Below, one piece after another: positions 1 through 9,036 of a stretch of 64,000 nt of DNA. The DNA is taken from positions 1,408,001-1,472,000 of the forward strand of contig OZ242010.1 of NCBI GenBank assembly GCA_965204745.1, in the 5' to 3' direction. The stretch's first letter is position 1; each line of letters starts with the position of its first letter. A program made the translations under genes and the position numbers. The DNA comes from Candidatus Latescibacterota bacterium (lineage in GTDB: Bacteria; Latescibacterota; UBA2968). The notes under the pieces were generated by a model, which made no database searches, had not been told where the DNA came from, and saw only the letters and a program-made list of their open reading frames with translations.

Positions 1-917
1 CGCATCACCGCAACGATAGCCTGCAAAGGTTTCTTGCCGCGGGCGATGAGTTGGTCATAGAAGGCTTTGACATGGCCTTCGTGTCTGATGGCCACCCAGG
101 CAGGCATATAGAGGGCATGGCGGAGGTACTTATTCCCGGTTTTCGAGATGCGTCTTTGTGGATTGGCGGTTCCGGATTGTTTGGGTTTGGGATCCAGGCC
201 TGCATGTGCGACCCACTGGGGCGGTTGCATCTCCTCTGGCAAAAGGGTCAACTCGGCCAAGAGCCGCAAGGCACTCGTTTGCGCGATGCCAGGCGTCGAG
301 CAGAGGCGTTGGTAGGCACGCTTGAGGGGCTCATCGTGCAAAACGAGATCGAGGGCTTGGCTTTCCAAGTATGCAATCCGGCGTTTGAAGTGTCGAATAT
401 TCACCTGAATATCGCGTGCGATGAGACGTGTGCTGCGGATGTGGTAGCTCTGCGCGTGGTTGCGGCTCTGTTCGCGGATGATCTCCTGCTTGAGTTGGTC
501 AATGCGTCTGGTGAGGGCTTGCAGTTGAAGCCGTTGCTCGCTCGGCGCTTGCCAAGGCACAAAAGGCATGCGCTCGGCATAGTCGAGGATCAACAACGCA
601 TCCTTCGCATCCGTCTTCGCCCGTTGCATGCAGGCTTGGGCGTACTTGCTCATCGCTTTGGGATTGACGACCATGACCTTTGTGTGGCGATGCCGATGCA
701 AGGCCAAGGCCACCCCCAAACTGTAAAGCCCGGTCGCTTCGAGGCACACAGAGACCATGTGCCCGCCCTTCGTGAGCCACTTCAGCAACCGCTTATGCGC
801 TTGGGGATCATTGGCAAAGGTCGCTTGCATGACAGCTTGTCCGGGTCTGGACAGGGCAACGGACAACGTGCGGGCACTGACATCAATGCCGGCAAAAGCG
901 GGGTGAGATTTCGACAT
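1..917 (-). CDS. IS110 DEDD recombinase/transposase (3' end outside window)
   Basis: CAT at 915-917 next to an AGGAGG RBS on the minus strand; matches 17381-18388. Confidence 0.92.
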   Translation of the reverse strand, partial: MSKSHPAFAGIDVSARTLSVALSRPGQAVMQATFANDPQAHKRLLKWLTKGGHMVSVCLEATGLYSLGVALALHRHRHTKVMVVNPKAMSKYAQACMQRAKTDAKDALLILDYAERMPFVPWQAPSEQRLQLQALTRRIDQLKQEIIREQSRNHAQSYHIRSTRLIARDIQVNIRHFKRRIAYLESQALDLVLHDEPLKRAYQRLCSTPGIAQTSALRLLAELTLLPEEMQPPQWVAHAGLDPKPKQSGTANPQRRISKTGNKYLRHALYMPAWVAIRHEGHVKAFYDQLIARGKKPLQAIVAVM

Positions 918-984
918 GGGGGCCTCCTGTGATGAGGGGGTTGTAAGGGATCTGGTGCGCGCTCGGGGTCGCGTCCCGACCATT

Positions 985-1125
985 GACGCCAAGTCTACCG
1001 GTCTTGTATATGCAGCCTCAAGGGGCTTAGATACTCTTCGGCATAGACCCGGCGGTCGGGGGGCCTATCTTACCTACAAGGTCATCGCCTTCAAGAGGGG
1101 CCGGCCTTCCCCGAGCCGGGCATCA
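985..1125 (-). ncRNA. IS110 bridge RNA, copy 1 (approximate bounds)
   Basis: Same sequence as the non-coding left end of copy 2, which has target and donor guide loops. Confidence 0.75.
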
Positions 1126-1186
1126 AGATGGCTTATCTCGATACGAGGGCGCAACTCCTAATTAACCCTTACTTCCAAGATACAAG

Positions 1187-1235
1187 AGGGGAGAGGCAAG
1201 AGGCAAGAGGCAAGAGGGGAGAAGTGAGATGGGAG
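1187..1235. repeat. Purine-rich heptamer tract (AGGCAAG/GAGAGGG-like), the IS110 target family
   Basis: gagaggc-aagaggc-aagaggc-aagaggg; similar tracts at 30765-30790 and 48379-48440. Confidence 0.75.
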
Positions 1236-1240
1236 TTTAT

Positions 1241-1636
1241 TAGGTTCTGTTGACATTTAGGAGCAAAGCAACTGGCTTGAGCGGTTTATCGAGAAAATCA
1301 CGCTCTATCGCAGAATAGGCTCTCGGTTTGAGAAACTGGAATAGTCGCTCCTTATCGGGACCTACCCCCCTAACCCCCCTTCCTGCGAGGAAGGGGGAAC
1401 TGTGAGCGGTTTTGCGAGGGTATTGATGAGGGATTTTTAATCGCTTTATGCCCTCACGCAACACCATCAGAGCAACTAGAGCGAGAAGCCATTAAAGGCA
1501 CTTTACTCCCCTTTCCTCGTAGGAAAGGGGCCGGGGGATAGGTCCCCTCGGTCAACGCCATCAGAAAATGAGCAAGAAGCAACACAGTTGCTACTCTGTG
1601 CGTAACGTGAAAAAATGAAATGTTAACACAACCTAG
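1241..1636 (+). mobile_element. Non-autonomous IS5-like element (MITE) with transposase relic
   Basis: Imperfect TIRs TAGGTTCTGTTGACATTT / AAATGTTAACACAACCTA; relic peptide LERFIEKITLYRRIGSRFEKLE; second copy inverted at 50127-50624. Confidence 0.65.
1357..1550. repeat. REP-like palindromes (CCCCCTTCCT-N-AGGAAGGGGG family)
   Basis: Hairpin family also at 2935-3000, 24558-25005 and 36175-36372. Confidence 0.75.
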
Positions 1637-1817
1637 CCACAAAAGCCACGAGCGGGGTACAACTGGCGACAGCCAGTTCAAAGGTGAGCGATACATGGAG
1701 GGGCGATGCCTCCGTGCTCGCCCAAAGCTACAAGAGACAAATCGCACTGAACGGGAATGTGAAACGCACATGGCGGAGAGGGGACGAGGAAGGGATCGCA
1801 CTTAACGAGGAATTTCC

Positions 1818-2876
1818 ATGTCTGATGAAAAACCGAATGCCGTGCGCGACTTGCGTTGCGAATCACCCATTCTCACCACGACTGTGGGATCGTATCCCCT
1901 GCCCGATTGGCTCTTGGGTGCGGCTGGGGAGACCGCGGTTGTCGATGCCACGTGCGTGATTTTTGACACGCAACGACAGGCCGGCATCGACCTGCCCACG
2001 GATGGCGAGTTGTACCGATTTGACGTCAACCATCCCGAAACCAATGGCATGATCGAATATTTTGTGCGCCCGATGGGCGGCACGCGCGAAGATCTTGGTC
2101 GGTCAGAAGTCGAGGCATTTCGCCGGCAACACGCGATGGATTTTCGCGCCAAGCCCGCTGCGGTTGTCGAGAGCGAACTCGCCGAGGGCACGCTCGATCT
2201 GTTGTCCGATTGCACACGCGCGGCAACGGTGGCGGGTGGCCCGTTCAAATTCACCTTGACCAGCCCGTACATGCTCGCCCGCACGTTGCTCGACAAGTAC
2301 TACGGCGATTTTGAGGCCCTGCTCATGGGCGTGGCGAATGTGCTGGCCGATCAGGTGCGCGGCCTGCCCTGTGCCTGTGTGCAGATCGACGAAGCCAATA
2401 TCCCAGGCAATCCCGAAGACGCGCCTATCGCGGCCCGCGCGATCAATGCGGTGCTCGACGCGGTCGATCCCGGCACGGAAAAAGCCGTTCACTTTTGTTT
2501 TGGCAACTACGGCGGGCAGACGATCCAACGCGGCACCTGGCGAGACCTCATCGCATTTCTCAACGCCCTGCACACCGATCACCTCGTGCTCGAACTCGCC
2601 CATCGCCCAGACGACGATTTGATCGCCCTCAAGGAAATCGATCCGCGCATCCAACTCGGCATTGGAGTGGTGGATATCAAAATCAACCACATCGAAACCG
2701 CCGAACAAATCGCCCGCCGCCTCGACCATGCAGAACGAGAACTCGGCCCGGGGCGCGTCGCCTTCATCCATCCCGACTGCGGGTTCTGGATGCTCAAACG
2801 CTCTGTCACGGACCGCAAAATCGCGGCCCTCGCACAGGGCAGAGATCTGTATTTGGGGAAGGGAATCGCGGATTAA
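1818..2876 (+). CDS. Cobalamin-independent methionine synthase II family protein (C-terminal catalytic domain only)
   Basis: TTTVGSYP, TDGE, QIDE, HFCFGN and HPDCG motifs; GAGG RBS. Confidence 0.85.
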   Translation: MSDEKPNAVRDLRCESPILTTTVGSYPLPDWLLGAAGETAVVDATCVIFDTQRQAGIDLPTDGELYRFDVNHPETNGMIEYFVRPMGGTREDLGRSEVEAFRRQHAMDFRAKPAAVVESELAEGTLDLLSDCTRAATVAGGPFKFTLTSPYMLARTLLDKYYGDFEALLMGVANVLADQVRGLPCACVQIDEANIPGNPEDAPIAARAINAVLDAVDPGTEKAVHFCFGNYGGQTIQRGTWRDLIAFLNALHTDHLVLELAHRPDDDLIALKEIDPRIQLGIGVVDIKINHIETAEQIARRLDHAERELGPGRVAFIHPDCGFWMLKRSVTDRKIAALAQGRDLYLGKGIAD

Positions 2877-3062
2877 GCGGATGAAAGGGATTATAAAGAG
2901 CGATGGCACGCTTAGAAGCCGGCTCAAAATTATTGGGACCTACCCCCCGTTATTCGCATCGCTCATCGTAGGATAACGCCTGTGCCTACGAGGTAGGGGC
3001 ATCGTTCGTTTTAAGACAGTTTCTGAGACACTTGTCCAAATGTCCAAAAAAAAGGAGAACAA

Positions 3063-4286
3063 ATGGTTAAGGCGCGTAAAAAAAAGTCGGGAAAACGTTC
3101 CCGCCGGGCACAATCCTCAAACTGCAAAGGTATCCGTTCAGAACGTGCCCTTCGGAAGTCTCTGCTCGCTGTTGGCATTCTCTTGGCGATCATGGTCCGC
3201 TATCTACTGCTACCTTTTGAGTCGAATGATTATCGTGTCATTATGCTGTGGTACGACTTTATCGTTCAGCACGGTCACTTTGCCGCGCTGAAGTACGATT
3301 TTGCCCCCTACAATGTCTTGTATTTTTATTTTTGGGCGACGGCTGCGTATTTTTTTCCCGATCTCCACTCATTTCTCGCCATCAAGATCATCTCCATAAT
3401 TTTCGATTTTGTCCTCGCCTTTTTCGTCTATCGATGCGTGCGCCTCAAATACCGCGAACCGAACGAGGGGGCCATACCGATTCTGGCCGCGCTGACCGCG
3501 TTGTTGGCACCCACGGTGGTTCTCAATAGCGCGGGGCAAGTGGACGCGACCTATACCTCCTTTTTGGTCGCATGTCTGTATTACTTGCTCGCCGGACGCC
3601 AAGCCGCGGCGTTCATCGCCTTTGGGGTGGCGTTCACCTTCAAATTGCAATCTGTTTTTCTCGCCCCGTTGTTACTGTGGTTGTTGGTAAAAAAGGAAGT
3701 GAATTGGCGTTATGTTTGGTTGAGTCCCGCGGTGTACTTGGTCTTCATCTTGCCCGCTTGGTTTATCGGCAGACCCTTCGCGGATCTGCTCATGATCTAC
3801 TTTGGGCAAGCAGACGAGTTTCGGTATCTCAACATGAACGCGCCCAATTTGTATCAATGGATTCCCAACGCCTATTACGATTTCTATCCGGTCGGCATGG
3901 CGTTCACCGCGATGGTCGCCTTGGGCATCGCCTATTTTGTCTATAAGAGCCGGGTGAAGATCACCGCGGATCGCCTCGTTTTCCTGGCGACCTTCTCTGT
4001 CCTTGTCATGCCCTACTTTTTGCCCAAGATGCACGAACGGTACTTCTTCCCGGCTGACGTCATCGCCATCATTTTGGCTTTCTACTGCCCGCGTTACTGG
4101 TATGTGCCGGTGGTCATCGGCTCCGTGTCGTTCCTTGCGTACAGGTCCTTTGTGCACATGCCCTTTCTGTTCAACATAGCCATTCTCCCGCAGTGGCTAC
4201 CGGCTGTGCTGTTGCTCCTCATCGCGGTTTTGGGGCGACAATTTCTGCTGATGTTTTCGAATAAATCATCAACTCATGAAAGGTGA
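3063..4286 (+). CDS. GT-C membrane glycosyltransferase, family A copy 1 (mannosyltransferase-like)
   Basis: Multi-TM protein with SxDY loop, GQxD and MHERY motifs; GGAG RBS. Confidence 0.8.
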   Translation: MVKARKKKSGKRSRRAQSSNCKGIRSERALRKSLLAVGILLAIMVRYLLLPFESNDYRVIMLWYDFIVQHGHFAALKYDFAPYNVLYFYFWATAAYFFPDLHSFLAIKIISIIFDFVLAFFVYRCVRLKYREPNEGAIPILAALTALLAPTVVLNSAGQVDATYTSFLVACLYYLLAGRQAAAFIAFGVAFTFKLQSVFLAPLLLWLLVKKEVNWRYVWLSPAVYLVFILPAWFIGRPFADLLMIYFGQADEFRYLNMNAPNLYQWIPNAYYDFYPVGMAFTAMVALGIAYFVYKSRVKITADRLVFLATFSVLVMPYFLPKMHERYFFPADVIAIILAFYCPRYWYVPVVIGSVSFLAYRSFVHMPFLFNIAILPQWLPAVLLLLIAVLGRQFLLMFSNKSSTHER

Positions 4287-4289
4287 GAC

Positions 4290-6008
4290 ATGAACGCGCC
4301 CAACCCCCATGTCGGCAAGTTCTACGCCCTGGCCACCGCAGGCGTGTTCCTGATCGCCGCGTACCTGTGTTTGGTCAATCTCGACTATGTCGCGCTGTGG
4401 CACGACGAAGGCCCCGCCGCTGTTCAAGGCAAAATTTTGCTACAACAAGGCGACATCATCGGGTGGGATGGGCGCAATTTGGTTGAGCACACCATGCTCA
4501 ACGAGGACTTGCGTAGCGTATTGCCGCCGTTGATGTACGCGCTCAACGCGGTGGGGTTCGCCATCTTTGGGGTTAATGAAACCGGCGCACGCATCGTCCA
4601 CGCATGCATCGGCATTGCCGCACTCGGGGTCTTCTATTTGTTGTTGCGCCAGCACCTTCGATGCCACCCGCGCTTGGTGTTCTTCATCTTTGTATTCGTC
4701 GCTTGGTCCGCGCAGTTGTTGCTCTACTTCCGCCAGTCGCGCTACTTTTCGATGATGGTGCTCGCGCTACTACTGATCTTTTATCTGTACGAACGCTACT
4801 GGCAAAGCAAAAATCCGGTGTATCTCCCAATCGCTATGATAGTGGCCGCGCTGGCGTTTTTCAATCATTACGCCGGTGGCGCGGCGACGATGCTGTCGGT
4901 GGTCGCCTATCATATCTTTTTTCGCGGACGGGCGACATCGCGGCGGGAGTGGGCACTGTTCGCGCTCTGCGGCGCGGGGGTCGTCGCTATGGGCGCGTGC
5001 TACTTGGCTTGGCTCGGCGTCCTCGGCGGCGAGCGCAGTGGCTTTCTGGATTTTGCCCCCCAAGAGATCGAGCCGTACCGGGGATCCCTCTCGCCCCTCG
5101 TCCTTTTTCTTGTGAAAATAGGTGTCTATACCCGGGAATTGTTCACCGCGGACTGGATTTCATGGCCGGTGTGCCTGTGGTTCGCGGGGGTCATGGTACA
5201 CGCTTGGAGGAGCAGAGACAAACCTGCGCGGCGACGAGATCGCCGGCGGCGTTCTTCGTCCCAACCACCGGACGACAATTTTCCACTAACCGCAGTGGGG
5301 AAAATCATCCTGATGGGCACGCTGTTCGCGCTGTTTTCGGCGATGCTATCCGGGCAACCGATATGGGAGCATTTTGCCGCGGACCTGCGCTATTACGTCG
5401 GCGCGTTGCCCCTGCTGTTGGCGATGAAAGGGCTGTTCGTAGAATGGGTTTGGCGCAAGCATGTCGTCGCAGGCGCGGCAGTGCTTTGCGTACTGCTGTT
5501 CTCCAGCATCGGCTCGATGCCGTTCAACCTCAAACATGCGTTCACCTACAAAACCACCCTCGGCATGCACTTGTTCCAATTCGTCCGCGAGATACATCGC
5601 CCGTACCGCGATCCCATCACCGCGGCTTCCGACTACCTGCTACAAAACGCCGCAAAGGACGACTTGGTGTACGTGCCGCGTTACGCGGATCGCGACGTGC
5701 TGACGTTCTACGCAGGCGACCATGTGCGGTTCTGCTGTTTCTTGGATGAGAACGCGCCGCTACCAAGGGAAAAGATAGCGGCGTTGCAAGCCCCACTCTA
5801 TCTTAAAGAGAACGCGCCGGACTGGATCATCGGCTTTGGCTTCTTGGCAAAGGCATGGTTGGAACAGTTCGCGGCGCGCTATGAGGTCGTTGCCAAGTTG
5901 GATGTTTTCGCCTATCCCACGCAACGGCCAGAGTTAAACGCACACGCCTTTTCTCCGTTAGATGCCGGGCAAAGCGGCGTGATTATCATGAGACGCTTGG
6001 ACGAGTAG
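4290..6008 (+). CDS. GT-C glycosyltransferase (ArnT/PMT-like), family B copy 1
   Basis: LWHDE motif after TM1, PPLMY, many TMs, C-terminal soluble domain. Confidence 0.8.
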   Translation: MNAPNPHVGKFYALATAGVFLIAAYLCLVNLDYVALWHDEGPAAVQGKILLQQGDIIGWDGRNLVEHTMLNEDLRSVLPPLMYALNAVGFAIFGVNETGARIVHACIGIAALGVFYLLLRQHLRCHPRLVFFIFVFVAWSAQLLLYFRQSRYFSMMVLALLLIFYLYERYWQSKNPVYLPIAMIVAALAFFNHYAGGAATMLSVVAYHIFFRGRATSRREWALFALCGAGVVAMGACYLAWLGVLGGERSGFLDFAPQEIEPYRGSLSPLVLFLVKIGVYTRELFTADWISWPVCLWFAGVMVHAWRSRDKPARRRDRRRRSSSQPPDDNFPLTAVGKIILMGTLFALFSAMLSGQPIWEHFAADLRYYVGALPLLLAMKGLFVEWVWRKHVVAGAAVLCVLLFSSIGSMPFNLKHAFTYKTTLGMHLFQFVREIHRPYRDPITAASDYLLQNAAKDDLVYVPRYADRDVLTFYAGDHVRFCCFLDENAPLPREKIAALQAPLYLKENAPDWIIGFGFLAKAWLEQFAARYEVVAKLDVFAYPTQRPELNAHAFSPLDAGQSGVIIMRRLDE

Positions 6009-6019
6009 AGACGACGAGT

Positions 6020-7678
6020 ATGAAATCCTCAAAGCGCCGAAAAAAGGGAGCTCCCGGGAAGCGTCCCGACCGAATGGACGCCGCGCTAGATGTGTTGCTC
6101 CATCCGCAAACGCCCGCCGTGCCCGTGTGGAAGTATCTGGGGCCAGTGCTCGCGCTGGCGTTTGCGATGCGTGCGATCGTCGCCCTGTCCGGCGATTTCA
6201 CGCTACACCCCGATGAGATCATGCAATACTTGGAACCGGCGCATCGCTTGGCCTTCGGCAATGGCGTCGTCTATTGGGAGTTCTACTACGGCGTGCGTTC
6301 GTGGCTAACGCCCGGACTGGTCGCCGGGCTATTGACGCTATTCAACGCCTTTGGCCTCGGCGAACCGATCTGGTACGTGGGGGGTGTCAAACTGATGTTC
6401 TGCGCGTGCTCGCTGGCGATTCCGGCCGGGATGTATTTTTTTGCACGCCGGCACTTTGGGGAATCCGAGGCACGGGTCGCACTGCTGGCCGGCACTTTCT
6501 GGTACGAACTGGTCGGTTTTGCCCACAAGCCGATGACCGAGTTCACGGCCACCGCCATCTTGATGGCATTGCTCGCGCTGTGTATGAGACCATCCCCAGA
6601 CAGACCGAGAGTCGTCTCTCTGGTCGCCTTTCTGGCGGTGCTGGCGGCGGCGGTGCGGATCCAGTACGCCCCGATCTCGCTCGCGCTGTTCGGCCTGTTC
6701 TTTCTGCGTGCAGGGAAAGGCGCCAAGGTGCAACTCGTACTGGTTGCGACCGTGGTTTTCCTCGCGGTTGGCGTCTTCGACGCGATCTCTTGGAACTCCG
6801 AGTTGTTTCACTCGTTCCGCACCTATCTGCGTTTCAATTTTCTCGTCGACCGCACGGCTGAAGCAAGGCCGATGTACGATTATCTGTGGTGGTTGCTGGT
6901 CACCGGCGGGGGGTTGAGTGCCTCGTGCATCGCAATGGCGTTGCGCGATCTCCGCCGCTATGGATTTCTGCTCTTGCTTCTGGCCCTGGTCCTGATCACG
7001 CATTCCGCGAATGCACACAAGGACTACCGCTATGTCTTCGTTTTCATGCCTTTCTGGCTCCTGGTCGCGGCTGGCGTCGTGACGCGGCTCGCCGCAGGCA
7101 TGGGCAAGCCAATTCGAGCGTACGGATTGGCCGGGGCCGCGTTCTCTGCGGTTTCTCTCTCCGGAATCCTAAATGCGTTGCCATACCAGGCCGAGGTGTA
7201 CGCTTCAACCTGGGCATTTACCCTCCGATTCATCCATAAGCAGGACCCCGTCTTCAGCGCGTACCGCTATCTCGCCAATGTGCCAGGCGTTGTTGCAGTG
7301 TGGCATATTGACCGTTATTATCACGATACCCCCGGCTACTATTATCTCCACCGCGAGATACCATTCTACGACGCGCGTACCGGGCCTGCCCACAACCTGC
7401 ACGAGGACATGAAAACGCTCCGTGCCTCGGTCAGCCACCTCGTAACTGGATCCCCGAACCTCGTCGTTCCCGGCTACATGGTGGAGAGGGAATTCGGCGG
7501 CATCCGAATCCTGCGCCGCAAAGAAAACGAATCTCAGGTCCGCGGGTGGCAAAACTTCATCCCGACCGTTGCCGATAATTTTTATCCGCAATTCCTGCGC
7601 CGCATCTACGCCGACACGCCGCCCCCGCCGGCCAATTTCGGCATCCGCTTCGCAACATCTGAAGATGGACAAAATTAA
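6020..7678 (+). CDS. GT-C mannosyltransferase, Alg9/PIG-B (GT22)-like, family C
   Basis: HPDE-x-Q-x-LEPAH, WEF..G.RS and HKDYRY motifs. Confidence 0.8.
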   Translation: MKSSKRRKKGAPGKRPDRMDAALDVLLHPQTPAVPVWKYLGPVLALAFAMRAIVALSGDFTLHPDEIMQYLEPAHRLAFGNGVVYWEFYYGVRSWLTPGLVAGLLTLFNAFGLGEPIWYVGGVKLMFCACSLAIPAGMYFFARRHFGESEARVALLAGTFWYELVGFAHKPMTEFTATAILMALLALCMRPSPDRPRVVSLVAFLAVLAAAVRIQYAPISLALFGLFFLRAGKGAKVQLVLVATVVFLAVGVFDAISWNSELFHSFRTYLRFNFLVDRTAEARPMYDYLWWLLVTGGGLSASCIAMALRDLRRYGFLLLLLALVLITHSANAHKDYRYVFVFMPFWLLVAAGVVTRLAAGMGKPIRAYGLAGAAFSAVSLSGILNALPYQAEVYASTWAFTLRFIHKQDPVFSAYRYLANVPGVVAVWHIDRYYHDTPGYYYLHREIPFYDARTGPAHNLHEDMKTLRASVSHLVTGSPNLVVPGYMVEREFGGIRILRRKENESQVRGWQNFIPTVADNFYPQFLRRIYADTPPPPANFGIRFATSEDGQN

Positions 7679-7799
7679 AAAGCAATGACCGACAACACAG
7701 CGTAGCGAGTAAGAGACGGATCGGGATACAACGGACCGTTTTTTAACCTGAGACGCCTGGACGAGTAGGGGCAACAATTGGTGAATCAAAGAGGAAGCA

Positions 7800-9026
7800 A
7801 TGGGTAAGAAGAAAAAAAAGTCCGGAAAACGTTCCCGCCGGGCACAGTCCTCAAACCGCAAAGGTCTCCGTTCAGAACGCGCCCTTCGGAAGTCTCTGCT
7901 CGCTGGTGGCATTCTCTTGGCGATCATGGTCCGCTACCCCCTGTTGCCTTTTGAGTCGGGTGATTATCAATTCCACCTTAAGCCGTGGTACGACTTTATC
8001 GTTCAGCACGATCACTTTGCCGCGCTGAAGTACGATTTTGCCAACTACAATGTCCCGTATCTCTATCTCTTGGCGACGGTTGCGTATTTTCTTCCTGCTC
8101 TCCACTCACTTCTCGCCATCAAGAGCATCTCCATAATTTTCGATTTTGTCCTCGCCTTTTTCGTCTATCGATGCGTGCGTCTCAAATACCGCGACGAGGG
8201 GGCCATACCGATTCTGGCCGCGCTGACCGTACTATTGGCCCCCACGGTGGTCATCAATAGCGCGCTGTGGGGACAAGCGGACGCGATACATACCGCCTTC
8301 TTGGTCGCATGTCTGTATTACTTGCTCGCCGGACGCCAAGCCGCGGCGTTCATCGCCTTTGGGGTGGCGTTCAGTTTCAAGGCACAATCCGTTTTTTTTG
8401 GTCCGTTTTTACTGTGGTTGTCGGTAAAAAAGGAAGTGAATTGGCGTTGTATTTGGTTGATTCCCGCGGTGTACTTGGTCTCCATCTCGCCCGCTTGGTT
8501 TATCGGCAGACCCCTCGCTGATTTGCTCATGATCTACTTCGATCAAGCAATCTACTTCGATCAAGCAGGCGAGGTTCCGTTGCTCAGCAGGAACGCGCCC
8601 AATTTGTATCAATGGATTCCCAACGCCTATTACGACTTCTATCCGGTCGGCATCGCGTTCACCGCGATGGTCGCCTTGGGCATCGCCTATTTTGTCTCTA
8701 AGAGCCGGGTGAAGATCACCGCGGATCGCCTCGTTTTCCTGGCGAGCTTCTCTGTCCTGATCATGCCCTACCTTTTGCCCAAGATGCACGACCGGTACTT
8801 CTTCCCGGCTGACGTCATCGCCATCATTTTGGCTTTCTACTGCCCGCGTTACTGGTATGTGCCGGTGGTCATCGGCTCCGTGTCGGTCCTTGCGTACATG
8901 CCCTTTCTGTTCTACATAGCCATTCTCCCGCAGTGGCTACCGGCTGTGCTGTTGCTCCTCATCGCGGTTTTGGGGCGACAATTTCTGCTGATGTTTTCGG
9001 ACAAATCATCAACTCGTCACAGGTGA
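7800..9026 (+). CDS. GT-C glycosyltransferase, family A copy 2
   Basis: Close paralog of 3063-4286; WGQAD and MHDRY motifs; 18-nt internal duplication at 8532-8567. Confidence 0.8.
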   Translation: MGKKKKKSGKRSRRAQSSNRKGLRSERALRKSLLAGGILLAIMVRYPLLPFESGDYQFHLKPWYDFIVQHDHFAALKYDFANYNVPYLYLLATVAYFLPALHSLLAIKSISIIFDFVLAFFVYRCVRLKYRDEGAIPILAALTVLLAPTVVINSALWGQADAIHTAFLVACLYYLLAGRQAAAFIAFGVAFSFKAQSVFFGPFLLWLSVKKEVNWRCIWLIPAVYLVSISPAWFIGRPLADLLMIYFDQAIYFDQAGEVPLLSRNAPNLYQWIPNAYYDFYPVGIAFTAMVALGIAYFVSKSRVKITADRLVFLASFSVLIMPYLLPKMHDRYFFPADVIAIILAFYCPRYWYVPVVIGSVSVLAYMPFLFYIAILPQWLPAVLLLLIAVLGRQFLLMFSDKSSTRHR

Positions 9027-9036
9027 GATACAAGAC

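Larger units (their letters stand above)
1..1186 (-). mobile_element. IS110-family element, copy 1 (runs off window start)
   Basis: Reverse complement of the 17112-18407 element; left junction reads CCCCTCTT|GTATCTTGGAAG on the minus strand. Confidence 0.93.

Noticed and set aside
51-932. 293-aa plus-strand ORF (and its mirror at 17366-18529)
   Set aside because: Antisense shadow of the IS110 transposase
1640-1805. Short ORFs upstream of the MetE-like gene
   Set aside because: No recognisable motif or start signal; cannot be supported
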